DNA of 37,300 nt from Patescibacteria group bacterium (GTDB lineage Bacteria > Patescibacteriota > Minisyncoccia > Phycocordibacterales > WO2-35-19). The stretch's first letter is position 1. Every line of letters starts with the position of its first letter. Below the pieces are notes generated by a model. The model saw nothing but the letters and a program-made list of their open reading frames with translations, had not been told where the DNA came from and searched no databases. This document shows, one piece after another, positions 14,847 through 21,957 of the stretch. The translations under genes were made by a program, and so were the position numbers. Where the stretch lies: NCBI GenBank assembly GCA_038058285.1, contig JBBUBJ010000006.1:8683-45982 (forward strand), given 5' to 3'.

Positions 14847-14888
14847 ACAAGGATGACCCTTGTACTTGAACAAAGTGTGATGTAATTT
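14847..14888 (+). repeat. Family A, degenerate copy
   Basis: ACAAGGATGACCCTTGT + ACTTGAACAAAGTGTGATGTAATTT. The tail overlaps the TAA stop of 14887..15561. Confidence 0.6.
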
Positions 14889-15561
14889 AAACACTCTCTA
14901 TTATTTTTGTTCTTTCCCAATCAGTGGGAACAATGGCGACAATTCTTTTATTTTCAATATCAATCTGAAAAACCATATCCTTTAATTTCCATCCACGAAT
15001 AACTCCTACCTGTTCAAACTGAGTTTTTAATTCGTTCATTTTATGTTCCGCCTCGTTCATAAGAGTTGCAACATCTTCGTCTGAGTACCCTTTTTCTTTA
15101 AGATTTAAGGTATCTCGTTCAGACCAGCGGATACCGGGTATTCGTTCCATAACAATAATATGTGTTCCTCCTTGTTCTGCTTTGGCAACCGGTTTTGCGG
15201 CGGGTAATCCCATTTGAGCAAGCCGTTCAAGAATTTTATACTCATAAAAATGATCTCCTGATTTACCAACATCTCCTTTGGTAAAATTTACTCGTCTAGC
15301 AACAGTTAAAATTTCTTGATTTTCTGGATTTTTCCAAACAGGTAAATCTTTGACAGCAGTTGGGTCTTCTCGAACTTTTCCCGTTTCATCAACTTTCTTT
15401 TCTCCTGTTTTTATGTTCTTTCCTTCTCTCTCAAAATATCCCGTTGGGTCATCAAGAAATTCTTGAGGCACAAAATTAACAAATTCAGTCTCAACTTCTA
15501 CTTTGGGAATGGGAGTGATTTCTTGAATATTATTTTGTGGATTTGGGGAACTTTCCATCAT
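14887..15561 (-). CDS. Hypothetical protein with weak protein-kinase-like (RIO/Kdo-type) pattern
   Basis: The ORF overlaps the hicA stop by 4 nt. EYKILERLAQMGLPAAKP...HIIVMERIPG resembles the kinase alphaC/hinge, but the catalytic-loop position reads GVIRGWKLKD rather than HGDL..N. Confidence 0.5.
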   Translation of the reverse strand: MMESSPNPQNNIQEITPIPKVEVETEFVNFVPQEFLDDPTGYFEREGKNIKTGEKKVDETGKVREDPTAVKDLPVWKNPENQEILTVARRVNFTKGDVGKSGDHFYEYKILERLAQMGLPAAKPVAKAEQGGTHIIVMERIPGIRWSERDTLNLKEKGYSDEDVATLMNEAEHKMNELKTQFEQVGVIRGWKLKDMVFQIDIENKRIVAIVPTDWERTKIIESV

Positions 15562-15797
15562 TTAATTATTTTTCTTAAGAATTCTTCTCTATCTATTTCT
15601 GCCAAGTCCAGTACCCCTTGAAGAGTACCTATCGCCAATTCCTTATGATTAGGAACTATTGTAGTGATTTTTCTGCCAGCGACAATTTTCTGACATTTAA
15701 TGTGACTACCCCTTTGTTTAATTACAGAAAAGCCAAAATATTTAATTAAAATTTTTACTACTTCCTTACTCCCAAGTATTTTTCTTTTTTTAGGCAT
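15558..15797 (-). CDS. hicA: HicA-family toxin (YcfA-like mRNA interferase)
   Basis: GFSVIKQRGSHIKC...TIVPNHKELAIGTLQGVL matches the HicA GSH / VP.H / GTL pattern. 79 aa. Confidence 0.8.
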   Translation of the reverse strand: MPKKRKILGSKEVVKILIKYFGFSVIKQRGSHIKCQKIVAGRKITTIVPNHKELAIGTLQGVLDLAEIDREEFLRKIIK

Positions 15798-16008
15798 AAC
15801 TTACTTCAAAAGATGTAATAATTGAAGCTTCCGGAGAAATATTTTTAGTTGCCTCTTCGTTGTCTTCAAGATAAAGTTCAACCGCTTCTTTCAAATTTTC
15901 TGTTGCTTCTTCTATAGTTTTTCCTTGACTGACAACACCAAGCTCAAGGCATTTTGCAACATACCATTTCCCCTCCTTATTTATTGCTGTAGTAAATGTT
16001 TTAGTCAT
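15790..16008 (-). CDS. hicB: HicB-family antitoxin (UPF0150 fold, no DNA-binding extension)
   Basis: EGKWYVAKCLELGVVSQGKTIEEATENLKEAVELYLE is the typical HicB N-domain pattern. Overlaps hicA by 8 nt. Confidence 0.75.
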   Translation of the reverse strand: MTKTFTTAINKEGKWYVAKCLELGVVSQGKTIEEATENLKEAVELYLEDNEEATKNISPEASIITSFEVSYA

Positions 16009-16047
16009 ATGAGTATTTTATAACTACTACTAAAATAAATCAAGATT

Positions 16048-16986
16048 TTATCCCCTCACCTGTGTCGGGTAAGCGACGGGGTCAATGACTCTTTCAAAAC
16101 ACTGCCGGCCGGCTTTGTGATTCCAGTTTTCGTTTTGAATAATGCCCCCTTTTACCGGATAGTTGACTGGCGCTACTGCCATATTGTTTTGATTTGTCAT
16201 ATTTTCAGAACTAAAATCAGAACAAAGTTCAAAAGTCATTTCTCCGGTTTTTTTATATTCGTAATCTGTTTTTGATTGCGGGTCTGTTGGTAAAATGTAT
16301 TGCTGAGTTTTTTCCAGTTCTTTAAGATTGGTCGGTATGGTGCCGTTCATTTGCCAATAGCTGATTACTTGCCACTGGATATTTTGTAAGTCAGTTATTT
16401 TTTGATTGTCATATCGAATAAGTCGTTGGGTTTGGGGCGATCCAAGAATAGAAAACCCTAAAATAATAGAAATTAAAATAACAATACCCACACCAATCAA
16501 CCACATTTTCCTTACTTTTGAAGAAATTTTTTCTCGGGTGTCCTGCAAATAAAATCCAAAAACACAACCAGCCGTAACAAGAACAGCGAGCGCCTTTAAA
16601 AGAAAAGCGGAAGTTAAATCTTGACCGTCCAAAAATTTATAAAGAACCATAACCAAATCTCCCACCAAGACAATGCCAGTTACAAACAAAGTAATATAAA
16701 CAAGCCATTTTCTAATCCAAGGTTCTTTTTTGTCCAAAGTTTCAGTGTAAGTTTTGTAAGCAAGATAAGACAGAATGGCAAAAATAGGAAAGACAATAAT
16801 AAGTGTCGCAACAGGCAAACTTATTTCAGATCCCCCACCCCAAGCGTAAATATTGCTGGCCACTTCAGGAAAGGCTTTGTTTATAATTCTAAAAAGCAAA
16901 TTCAAAAAACTTATCACTATTGCATACAGAGTGGCAATCACTCCCAGATGCAAAAAGAAATCTTTAGCCGACGCTTTATTTTCCAT
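16048..16986 (-). CDS. Multi-pass membrane protein with a C-terminal soluble domain
   Basis: About five hydrophobic helices in the first 190 aa, then a polar C-terminal domain with two Cys. Confidence 0.7.
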   Translation of the reverse strand: MENKASAKDFFLHLGVIATLYAIVISFLNLLFRIINKAFPEVASNIYAWGGGSEISLPVATLIIVFPIFAILSYLAYKTYTETLDKKEPWIRKWLVYITLFVTGIVLVGDLVMVLYKFLDGQDLTSAFLLKALAVLVTAGCVFGFYLQDTREKISSKVRKMWLIGVGIVILISIILGFSILGSPQTQRLIRYDNQKITDLQNIQWQVISYWQMNGTIPTNLKELEKTQQYILPTDPQSKTDYEYKKTGEMTFELCSDFSSENMTNQNNMAVAPVNYPVKGGIIQNENWNHKAGRQCFERVIDPVAYPTQVRG

Positions 16987-17018
16987 ATTTTTAGATTAAT
17001 TTTAATAAAGATATTATA

Positions 17019-17834
17019 TCAAATTTTAAACTCAATCACATCCCCATCTTTAACAATATAGTCTTTTCCTTCTGTGCGGAGAAGGCCTTTTTCACGAGCA
17101 GAAGCATAAGAGCCGGCTTCTAAAAGTTTGTCCCATTCAATAACTTCGGCGCGTATAAATTTGTCTTTAAAATCATTATGAATAGCTCGGCCCGCTTCGG
17201 GGGCGGTTGAATTTCTTTTAATTGTCCAGCCTCTCGTCTCATCTTCTCCTGTTGTAAAAAAGGTTATGAGGTCAAGCATCTCGTAAGCTTTTTTTATGAG
17301 TTCATTCAAACCTTTGCCAAAAATGGGGTCCACTTCAACATATGGTCCGGGAATTTTTTGCAAAACATCTAGATGATTTTCGCTGGCTTCGGAAGTGTTT
17401 ATGACATACAAAATAGGTTTTTTTAATTCCGCCAATTCCAATTCCAAATTTATTATTTCAATATCAAAAAGAGGATCAATTTTGCCGGCGACATGAATAA
17501 TTTCTTTGTCCTCAAAAACACGGACAACTTCGGCAATGGCATCCACCTCGCGAATGTGAGACAAAAATTTGTTGCCCAATCCTTCGCCTTTTGAGGCACC
17601 TTGCACAAGCCCGGCAATGTCTACAAACTCTACAACCGCCGGGATTTTCTTTTGCGATTTTGAAAATTCATTCAATTTTTCCAATCGTTCATCTGGCACA
17701 GCAATAATCCCCACTGATGGGTCAATGGTGCAAAAAGGATAATTCTCCGCCGGCACACTTTTTTTGGTAAGCGCATTAAAAAGCGTACTTTTGCCGACAT
17801 TGGGAAGTCCTACAATTCCTATTGATAGGTTCAT
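17019..17834 (-). CDS. ychF: Ribosome-binding ATPase YchF, short form
   Basis: GLPNVGKSTLFNALT, DIAGLV.GAS.GEGLGN.FL, and C-terminal TGS-like GKDYIVKDGDVIEF. About 90 aa shorter than the E. coli protein because the helical insert is missing. Confidence 0.85.
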   Translation of the reverse strand: MNLSIGIVGLPNVGKSTLFNALTKKSVPAENYPFCTIDPSVGIIAVPDERLEKLNEFSKSQKKIPAVVEFVDIAGLVQGASKGEGLGNKFLSHIREVDAIAEVVRVFEDKEIIHVAGKIDPLFDIEIINLELELAELKKPILYVINTSEASENHLDVLQKIPGPYVEVDPIFGKGLNELIKKAYEMLDLITFFTTGEDETRGWTIKRNSTAPEAGRAIHNDFKDKFIRAEVIEWDKLLEAGSYASAREKGLLRTEGKDYIVKDGDVIEFKI

Positions 17835-18025
17835 GTTTCTATCTTACTAAATTTTTTGTGCACATACCAATACAATGAGTTGGGAAAAAATTGGCGGAGT
17901 GGGTGGGGATGTCAACCAAACTATGAGTGGCGGTGTAAAAATAACGGATAAGACCATCTCCTGCCCAATTATGAAATCCCAAAAGAGTGGCCAAAACCAT
18001 GAGAAAAAATATCCATATGTTTATT

Positions 18026-18802
18026 TTAATCTTTCAAATATGTTAATGCTCCCCAAAGTCCACCAAAGTCGCCAAGCTCTGCTTTTTTTATGACAGGGAT
18101 TTGGGGAAATATTTTTAGAATATCTTCCAAATATTTTTTTGTTTTATCAAGCGGTATTGCCGGATCGCCTGTAATCATTGAACCGCCGAGAACGACACAG
18201 TTTGGCGACCATTCCATTATTATATTATTAAGACCGATGGCCAAAAGCCAGGCATGATTGTCCCAAACACCTTGGTCTTTTATTTCTTTAGGATGTTTGC
18301 CAAATTTTTCCTGCAATGCTTTACCCGAAATCATGTCTTCAAGAGTTTTTCCGCTATTTACATCCATAATTTGCTTGCCCGGTTCAAAACCGACAGCATG
18401 CTCGTCTATTTTTCCGTTGACAATTTTAGCCCCGCCGACACCTGTAGAAACAGTTATATAAGCCACGATTTCAAATCCGCGACCGGCACCAAATTGAGCC
18501 TCGCCCACTCCTGCCATACTTGCATCATTTTCTATAATAATTTCTGTTTCTTTAAAATTTTCAACCAAATCACTTTTTAATTTTTTATAATCCCCATCCC
18601 AAACACTTCTGCTCATTCCCCCAACTATTTTTTTAATTTCTCTCTCTTTTGCTAAATTTTTAGCTGTTTCTACAAATAATCTAAAACCTTCTTCATAATT
18701 TTGATTTGTCTCAAAAATTTTAGGCTCTTCAAATTTTTCTTCACTTTCCGCAAAAGCCATTCTTGTTTTAGTTGCACCAATGTCGAATAAAATTGAATTC
18801 AT
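18026..18802 (-). CDS. ROK-family sugar kinase (glucokinase-like)
   Basis: N-terminal DIGATKTR, ENDASMAGVGE, and GVGGAKIVNG. Confidence 0.7.
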   Translation of the reverse strand: MNSILFDIGATKTRMAFAESEEKFEEPKIFETNQNYEEGFRLFVETAKNLAKEREIKKIVGGMSRSVWDGDYKKLKSDLVENFKETEIIIENDASMAGVGEAQFGAGRGFEIVAYITVSTGVGGAKIVNGKIDEHAVGFEPGKQIMDVNSGKTLEDMISGKALQEKFGKHPKEIKDQGVWDNHAWLLAIGLNNIIMEWSPNCVVLGGSMITGDPAIPLDKTKKYLEDILKIFPQIPVIKKAELGDFGGLWGALTYLKD

Positions 18803-18807
18803 ATTTT

Positions 18808-19797
18808 TTAATTTATTTCGGATTTCGTGCTTCGGATTTCGGATTTATATTCCTCAACTGCTGGCTGATCATAAGGATCCACCCCAAGCAGTTTTGCCAG
18901 TTCTATTGTTGTTGCCATCATAAAAGCCATAAAACTTCCTAGTTCTTTTTCATTTATTTCTGCCATTTCATATTTTATAAAAGGTAGGCCGGCTTTTTGA
19001 TAAGCGTCGGTAACATTTTCAAAAGCAGTTTGATTTATATTATTTTGATTTTCTTTAAGAGATAGAATAAAAATAGTAAATCGGTTTTTAGGTCCGCCCA
19101 AATAAAGTTCCAGCATAGAATGCAAATCTACCGGACCAATGGAAACAGTCGGAGTAATTAAAGAAATACTTTCGGCTATAAGCTGGCGGCACCACTTGCC
19201 CAAATCCTCCAACTCCGAATTAAAAATAAAAAAATCTAAAATATTAAAATCATTTTTGTAATTATCAAAAATATTTCGAGCCAAATGTTTTGTTTCTTCT
19301 TCTTTTATTTCTTTACTCCCAATAATAAAATTTTCTACATCCAAACCGGCGATGGATAAAACAGTAGTGTGAGCAACAGTAAAAGCGCTAAATCGTCCGC
19401 CAGTATTTCCTTCCCATTCTATTTTTTCAGCCTCTTTTTCTTCAGCTATTTTCCAAAGTGTAGAATTGGGAGTTGATATTATAAGTATTCTTTCATTTAT
19501 AGTGTCAAAGGGCATCTTTGACATTATTTCAAAAATTTTATTAAAAGTTTCCAAAGTTTCTGCTGTTTCGCCAGATTTACTCACAACAATCAAAACAAAA
19601 TCTTCCAACTTTTTTATTTCGTTTTCTACTATATTTTCTATTTCCTCATATTCTCGCTCATCTGGCGATTCTAAAAAATATATTTTCTTGTCTGTTTTTT
19701 TGTGCAGAGTTATAGCATCCCAAACCGCTTTGCTTGCCAAATCGGAACCGCCTATGCCTATTACAAAAATGTATTTTGATTTTTTAAATTTTTCCAT
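18808..19797 (-). CDS. pgi: Glucose-6-phosphate isomerase-like SIS protein (short type)
   Basis: IFVIGIGGSDLASKAV and SKSGETAET motifs. I prefer the ATG at 19797 because the ORF-track extension runs through a terminator. The C-terminal KSEIRSTKSEIN comes from a family E repeat. Confidence 0.65.
   Translation of the reverse strand: MEKFKKSKYIFVIGIGGSDLASKAVWDAITLHKKTDKKIYFLESPDEREYEEIENIVENEIKKLEDFVLIVVSKSGETAETLETFNKIFEIMSKMPFDTINERILIISTPNSTLWKIAEEKEAEKIEWEGNTGGRFSAFTVAHTTVLSIAGLDVENFIIGSKEIKEEETKHLARNIFDNYKNDFNILDFFIFNSELEDLGKWCRQLIAESISLITPTVSIGPVDLHSMLELYLGGPKNRFTIFILSLKENQNNINQTAFENVTDAYQKAGLPFIKYEMAEINEKELGSFMAFMMATTIELAKLLGVDPYDQPAVEEYKSEIRSTKSEIN
18815..18846. repeat. Family E tandem units at the pgi 3' end
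   Basis: ATTTCGGATTTCGTGCTTCGGATTTCGGATTT. It supplies the last codons before the pgi stop (18808-18810). Confidence 0.7.
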
Positions 19798-19803
19798 ATA
19801 GGT

Positions 19804-19809
19804 ATTATA
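19804..19809 (-). promoter_or_regulatory. TATAAT -10 box, 6 nt before the pgi ATG (leaderless start suggested)
   Basis: The minus strand reads GCTATAAT-ACCTAT-ATG. Confidence 0.45.
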
Positions 19810-19819
19810 GCAAAAATAA

Positions 19820-19857
19820 TAAAAAACGCCCTGCTGGAGTTGTCTGGCGACAACTCC
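19820..19857 (-). terminator. Stem-loop plus T-run ending the 20141-19826 transcription unit
   Basis: Stem GGAGTTGTC (19836-19844) / GACAACTCC (19849-19857). On the minus strand it is followed by AGCAGGGCGTTTTTT. The 9-nt gap before the T-run is atypical. Confidence 0.4.
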
Positions 19858-20141
19858 ACGCAAGGACGCTCGCTTTCCTCAAAACCGATTGGCCGATGAG
19901 GAGCGAAAAGGCGGAACTAATGAATCTGGTGTTTCTTTTCTCGGGGAGTCATCGGGAGTCGACATCCCCGACACATCTTGTGTCTCTTAACATTATCCAT
20001 GCTGTTTGGTTGAAGGCAAGAACAGATTACCATCGTTTCCGAACGGTCTTGGATAACGGATAACCTTTTCCCTTGTTGAAGAACAACAACCTGAGGTTGC
20101 ACAATGTGTCTCTTTTCTCGGAGGAATTTGTACTTGAACTG
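19826..20141 (-). ncRNA. Candidate structured RNA or small Cys-containing ORF unit (unclassified)
   Basis: It has its own TTGCTT-N17-TATAAA promoter (20148-20176) and a 3' stem-loop/T-run. The stretch is G+C-rich with many local helices, for example GACACA-AGA-TGTGTC and CGGGGA...TCCCCG. A 16-nt direct repeat occurs at 20106-20121 and 19929-19944. I found no match to known RNA consensus sequences. Confidence 0.3.
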
Positions 20142-20147
20142 ATATAT

Positions 20148-20176
20148 TTTATACACCCAATTAAAAAATAAAGCAA
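20148..20176 (-). promoter_or_regulatory. Sigma70-like promoter TTGCTT-N17-TATAAA
   Basis: On the plus strand: AAGCAA at 20171-20176 and TTTATA at 20148-20153. Confidence 0.45.
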
Positions 20177-20185
20177 TGCTATAAA

Positions 20186-20222
20186 AATTAAAAGGCCGTC
20201 GCGGTATACTCACGCGACGGCC
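20186..20222 (-). terminator. Rho-independent terminator after 20277..20462
   Basis: Perfect 10-bp stem GGCCGTCGCG (20194-20203) / CGCGACGGCC (20213-20222), followed by a T-run on the minus strand. Confidence 0.7.
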
Positions 20223-20276
20223 CCACCTATTTCCCCGAACGACTCGGGCTCACCCCTGACAACTCCCACCTGGAAA

Positions 20277-20462
20277 TTATTGAACCACCTTCTTTCTCGG
20301 GACGGCGCAAAATCGTCTCCAGAATTCCTCGTTGATACGAGCAATTTCTTGCTCGCGGTTCAACACCTCATCATTCCCGTTTTTTCTCCGAGGAATCTTC
20401 GGTGTCGCATGAACCAGCTTGGGGCGGTCTCCTCTCGGAGACACCCTCATGGACTGAATCAT
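20277..20462 (-). CDS. Small basic hypothetical protein (61 aa, orphan)
   Basis: ATG 20462 is preceded by AAAGGA. A TTGCTT-N17-TAATAT promoter lies at 20503-20531 and a strong terminator follows. Looks G+C-rich by eye. The ORF-track N-terminal extension overlaps the upstream gene. Confidence 0.4.
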   Translation of the reverse strand: MIQSMRVSPRGDRPKLVHATPKIPRRKNGNDEVLNREQEIARINEEFWRRFCAVPRKKVVQ

Positions 20463-20502
20463 CAGAAATCCTTTCAAGTGAGATGACTGCTTTCTAAAAA
20501 AT

Positions 20503-20531
20503 ATATTACCTTTACTAAACAAAAAAAGCAA
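20503..20531 (-). promoter_or_regulatory. Sigma70-like promoter TTGCTT-N17-TAATAT
   Basis: On the plus strand: AAGCAA at 20526-20531 and ATATTA at 20503-20508. Confidence 0.45.
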
Positions 20532-20547
20532 ACAAGCAAACTGGGGA

Positions 20548-21201
20548 TTACTTTTTATGCCACTCAACAATACTTGCCCCTTTTATTTCTGTTTTGCCAG
20601 CTTTTCTTATAAATTTTTTATTTTTATCTGGTACGAAATTTATGTGTGGCGATTCATCAAGGACTTCTACCATTTCATCCAAATCTTCTTCTTGTTCTAC
20701 CCAACTTTCGCCTAAAACTCTTCGAGTTCGGCCGATCTTTCTTTCAGAAAGATTTAGGCCAAATTTTTTAAAAATATTAAAAGGCTTGGAAAAAGATTTT
20801 AAAGTTTTCTGCCCGTTATCCAAAAAATATTCATGATAATAACTCATTGCTAGTTCCCTATAATTTTTATAAATGGGATCGCGCCATCTCAAAACAGAGT
20901 GGTTTGTTTTTGAAATAGCTCCCCAAAATTTATTTATTCTAAAAATACACAAAGTATGATCGCTGTCTTTTTTTAAGTTTTTAACTTTTAAATCCATTAA
21001 ATAATTTTCAATCCCCAAATTTTGCAAACACCAACAGGCAAAAACTGCTCCCTCAAAACAATGCATTTTCCTCATCTCAAGAGCTTTTCTCGGCGACCAA
21101 TATGTCTCCCCTTTTTGTTCAAAATTAAAAGGCACTTTGTCCAAAAAATTTTGGATTTTGGCGGGGGTGTTGAGGGTTTTGATTATTTGTAATTTTCTCA
21201 T
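20548..21201 (-). CDS. Hypothetical protein with transglutaminase/papain-like Cys...His pattern
   Basis: HCFEGAVFACWCLQNLGI, then about 20 aa, then DHTLCIFRINKFWGAIS. This matches the Cys-x2-[FG]A...GI...H...W spacing of transglutaminase-like cysteine peptidases. Confidence 0.55.
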   Translation of the reverse strand: MRKLQIIKTLNTPAKIQNFLDKVPFNFEQKGETYWSPRKALEMRKMHCFEGAVFACWCLQNLGIENYLMDLKVKNLKKDSDHTLCIFRINKFWGAISKTNHSVLRWRDPIYKNYRELAMSYYHEYFLDNGQKTLKSFSKPFNIFKKFGLNLSERKIGRTRRVLGESWVEQEEDLDEMVEVLDESPHINFVPDKNKKFIRKAGKTEIKGASIVEWHKK

Positions 21202-21207
21202 TTTTTT

Positions 21208-21215
21208 ATTATACT
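21208..21215. promoter_or_regulatory. Overlapping back-to-back -10 boxes in a 21-nt divergent intergenic region
   Basis: Plus strand: TATACT (21210-21215), 7 nt before ATG 21223. Minus strand: TATAAT (21208-21213), 6 nt before ATG 21201. There is no room for a leader or an SD on either side. Confidence 0.5.
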
Positions 21216-21222
21216 ATGTAAT

Positions 21223-21954
21223 ATGAAAAAAATAATCACAATAACGGGAATTATAGCCTTAATTTTGGTCTTGTTTTTTGTTTTTAGAAATACTTCTTTG
21301 GCGCCAGTGGTCAATAATAATTCAGGGACAAATACTGAAAAAATTAAAATTGACCCGAATATTCCCGGACAAACTTTACCTCTCTCAAACGATCCTAAGG
21401 ATGTGGCTTGGGCGCTTTTTCAAAAATATTTGGCTTTTAATAAAGCTCGCGATTTTGAAGGAGTTAAAAGTGTTGTTTATAAAATAGCTTCTGTTTGCAC
21501 CGACCCCAAAACCAGAATTGACTGTGAGGCCAGAATGAATTCGGCTTATCAATATGGCAGTACTTTAAAAAAAGAAGATTTTGTAAATATTTGGAGTGAT
21601 GAAAATCAAATTATTTTATCGACTGATTTTTGGCTTGAATCGATAGAAAAATTAGACCAATATGGCCGATTCAGAAGCATTATATTTTTTGTAAAAGGGG
21701 CGGATAACGAATGGAAACTTTTAAGTTTTAGTCCAACTATGGGCAATGCGACCAACAAAGGGGCAGCCAACCAAGAAGAAGTTGATACAAGACTGATTAT
21801 TTATACGGAAGACAAAGATAAAGACGGTATAGCAGATTATATAGAAGAATGTATCCCAGCTGATATTAAAGATACTTGTGTTCCCACAAATCCCAAAATC
21901 CGCGACACCGATGGCGATGGCCTTTGGGATGGCGTGGAAGCATTGATGAAATGA
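21223..21954 (+). CDS. Membrane-anchored/secreted protein with C-terminal Asp-rich calcium-binding-type repeats
   Basis: N-terminal hydrophobic helix. C-terminal DKDKDGIADY and DTDGDGLWDG (thrombospondin type-3-like D-x-D-x-D-G motifs). Confidence 0.7.
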   Translation: MKKIITITGIIALILVLFFVFRNTSLAPVVNNNSGTNTEKIKIDPNIPGQTLPLSNDPKDVAWALFQKYLAFNKARDFEGVKSVVYKIASVCTDPKTRIDCEARMNSAYQYGSTLKKEDFVNIWSDENQIILSTDFWLESIEKLDQYGRFRSIIFFVKGADNEWKLLSFSPTMGNATNKGAANQEEVDTRLIIYTEDKDKDGIADYIEECIPADIKDTCVPTNPKIRDTDGDGLWDGVEALMK

Positions 21955-21957
21955 TCT

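Noticed and set aside
14643-14886. T-box leader upstream of leuS
   Set aside because: No T-box consensus (AATTAGGGTGGTACCGCG-like) or specifier-loop architecture is present. The hairpins belong to dispersed repeat families and lie upstream of the leuS TATAAT box, not in its leader.
17875-18093. 72-aa plus-strand ORF between ychF and the ROK kinase (and a 57-codon minus-strand frame in the same gap)
   Set aside because: The plus ORF overlaps the 3' end of the ROK gene, and neither frame has an SD or a recognisable motif. The gap contains a family D-like G-rich fragment (GGAGTGGGTGGGGATG), which probably explains the open frames.
19917-20213. 98-aa ORF from the track
   Set aside because: Its 5' part runs through the terminator hairpin at 20194-20222 and the promoter at 20148-20176. 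Only a shorter internal frame or an RNA is plausible.
19861-20270. GAGGAAAGCGAGCGTCC on the minus strand as the RNase P P4 motif
   Set aside because: The motif lies at the 3' end of the unit, directly before a terminator and the pgi promoter. None of the other universally conserved RNase P blocks follow. I treat it as a chance resemblance.
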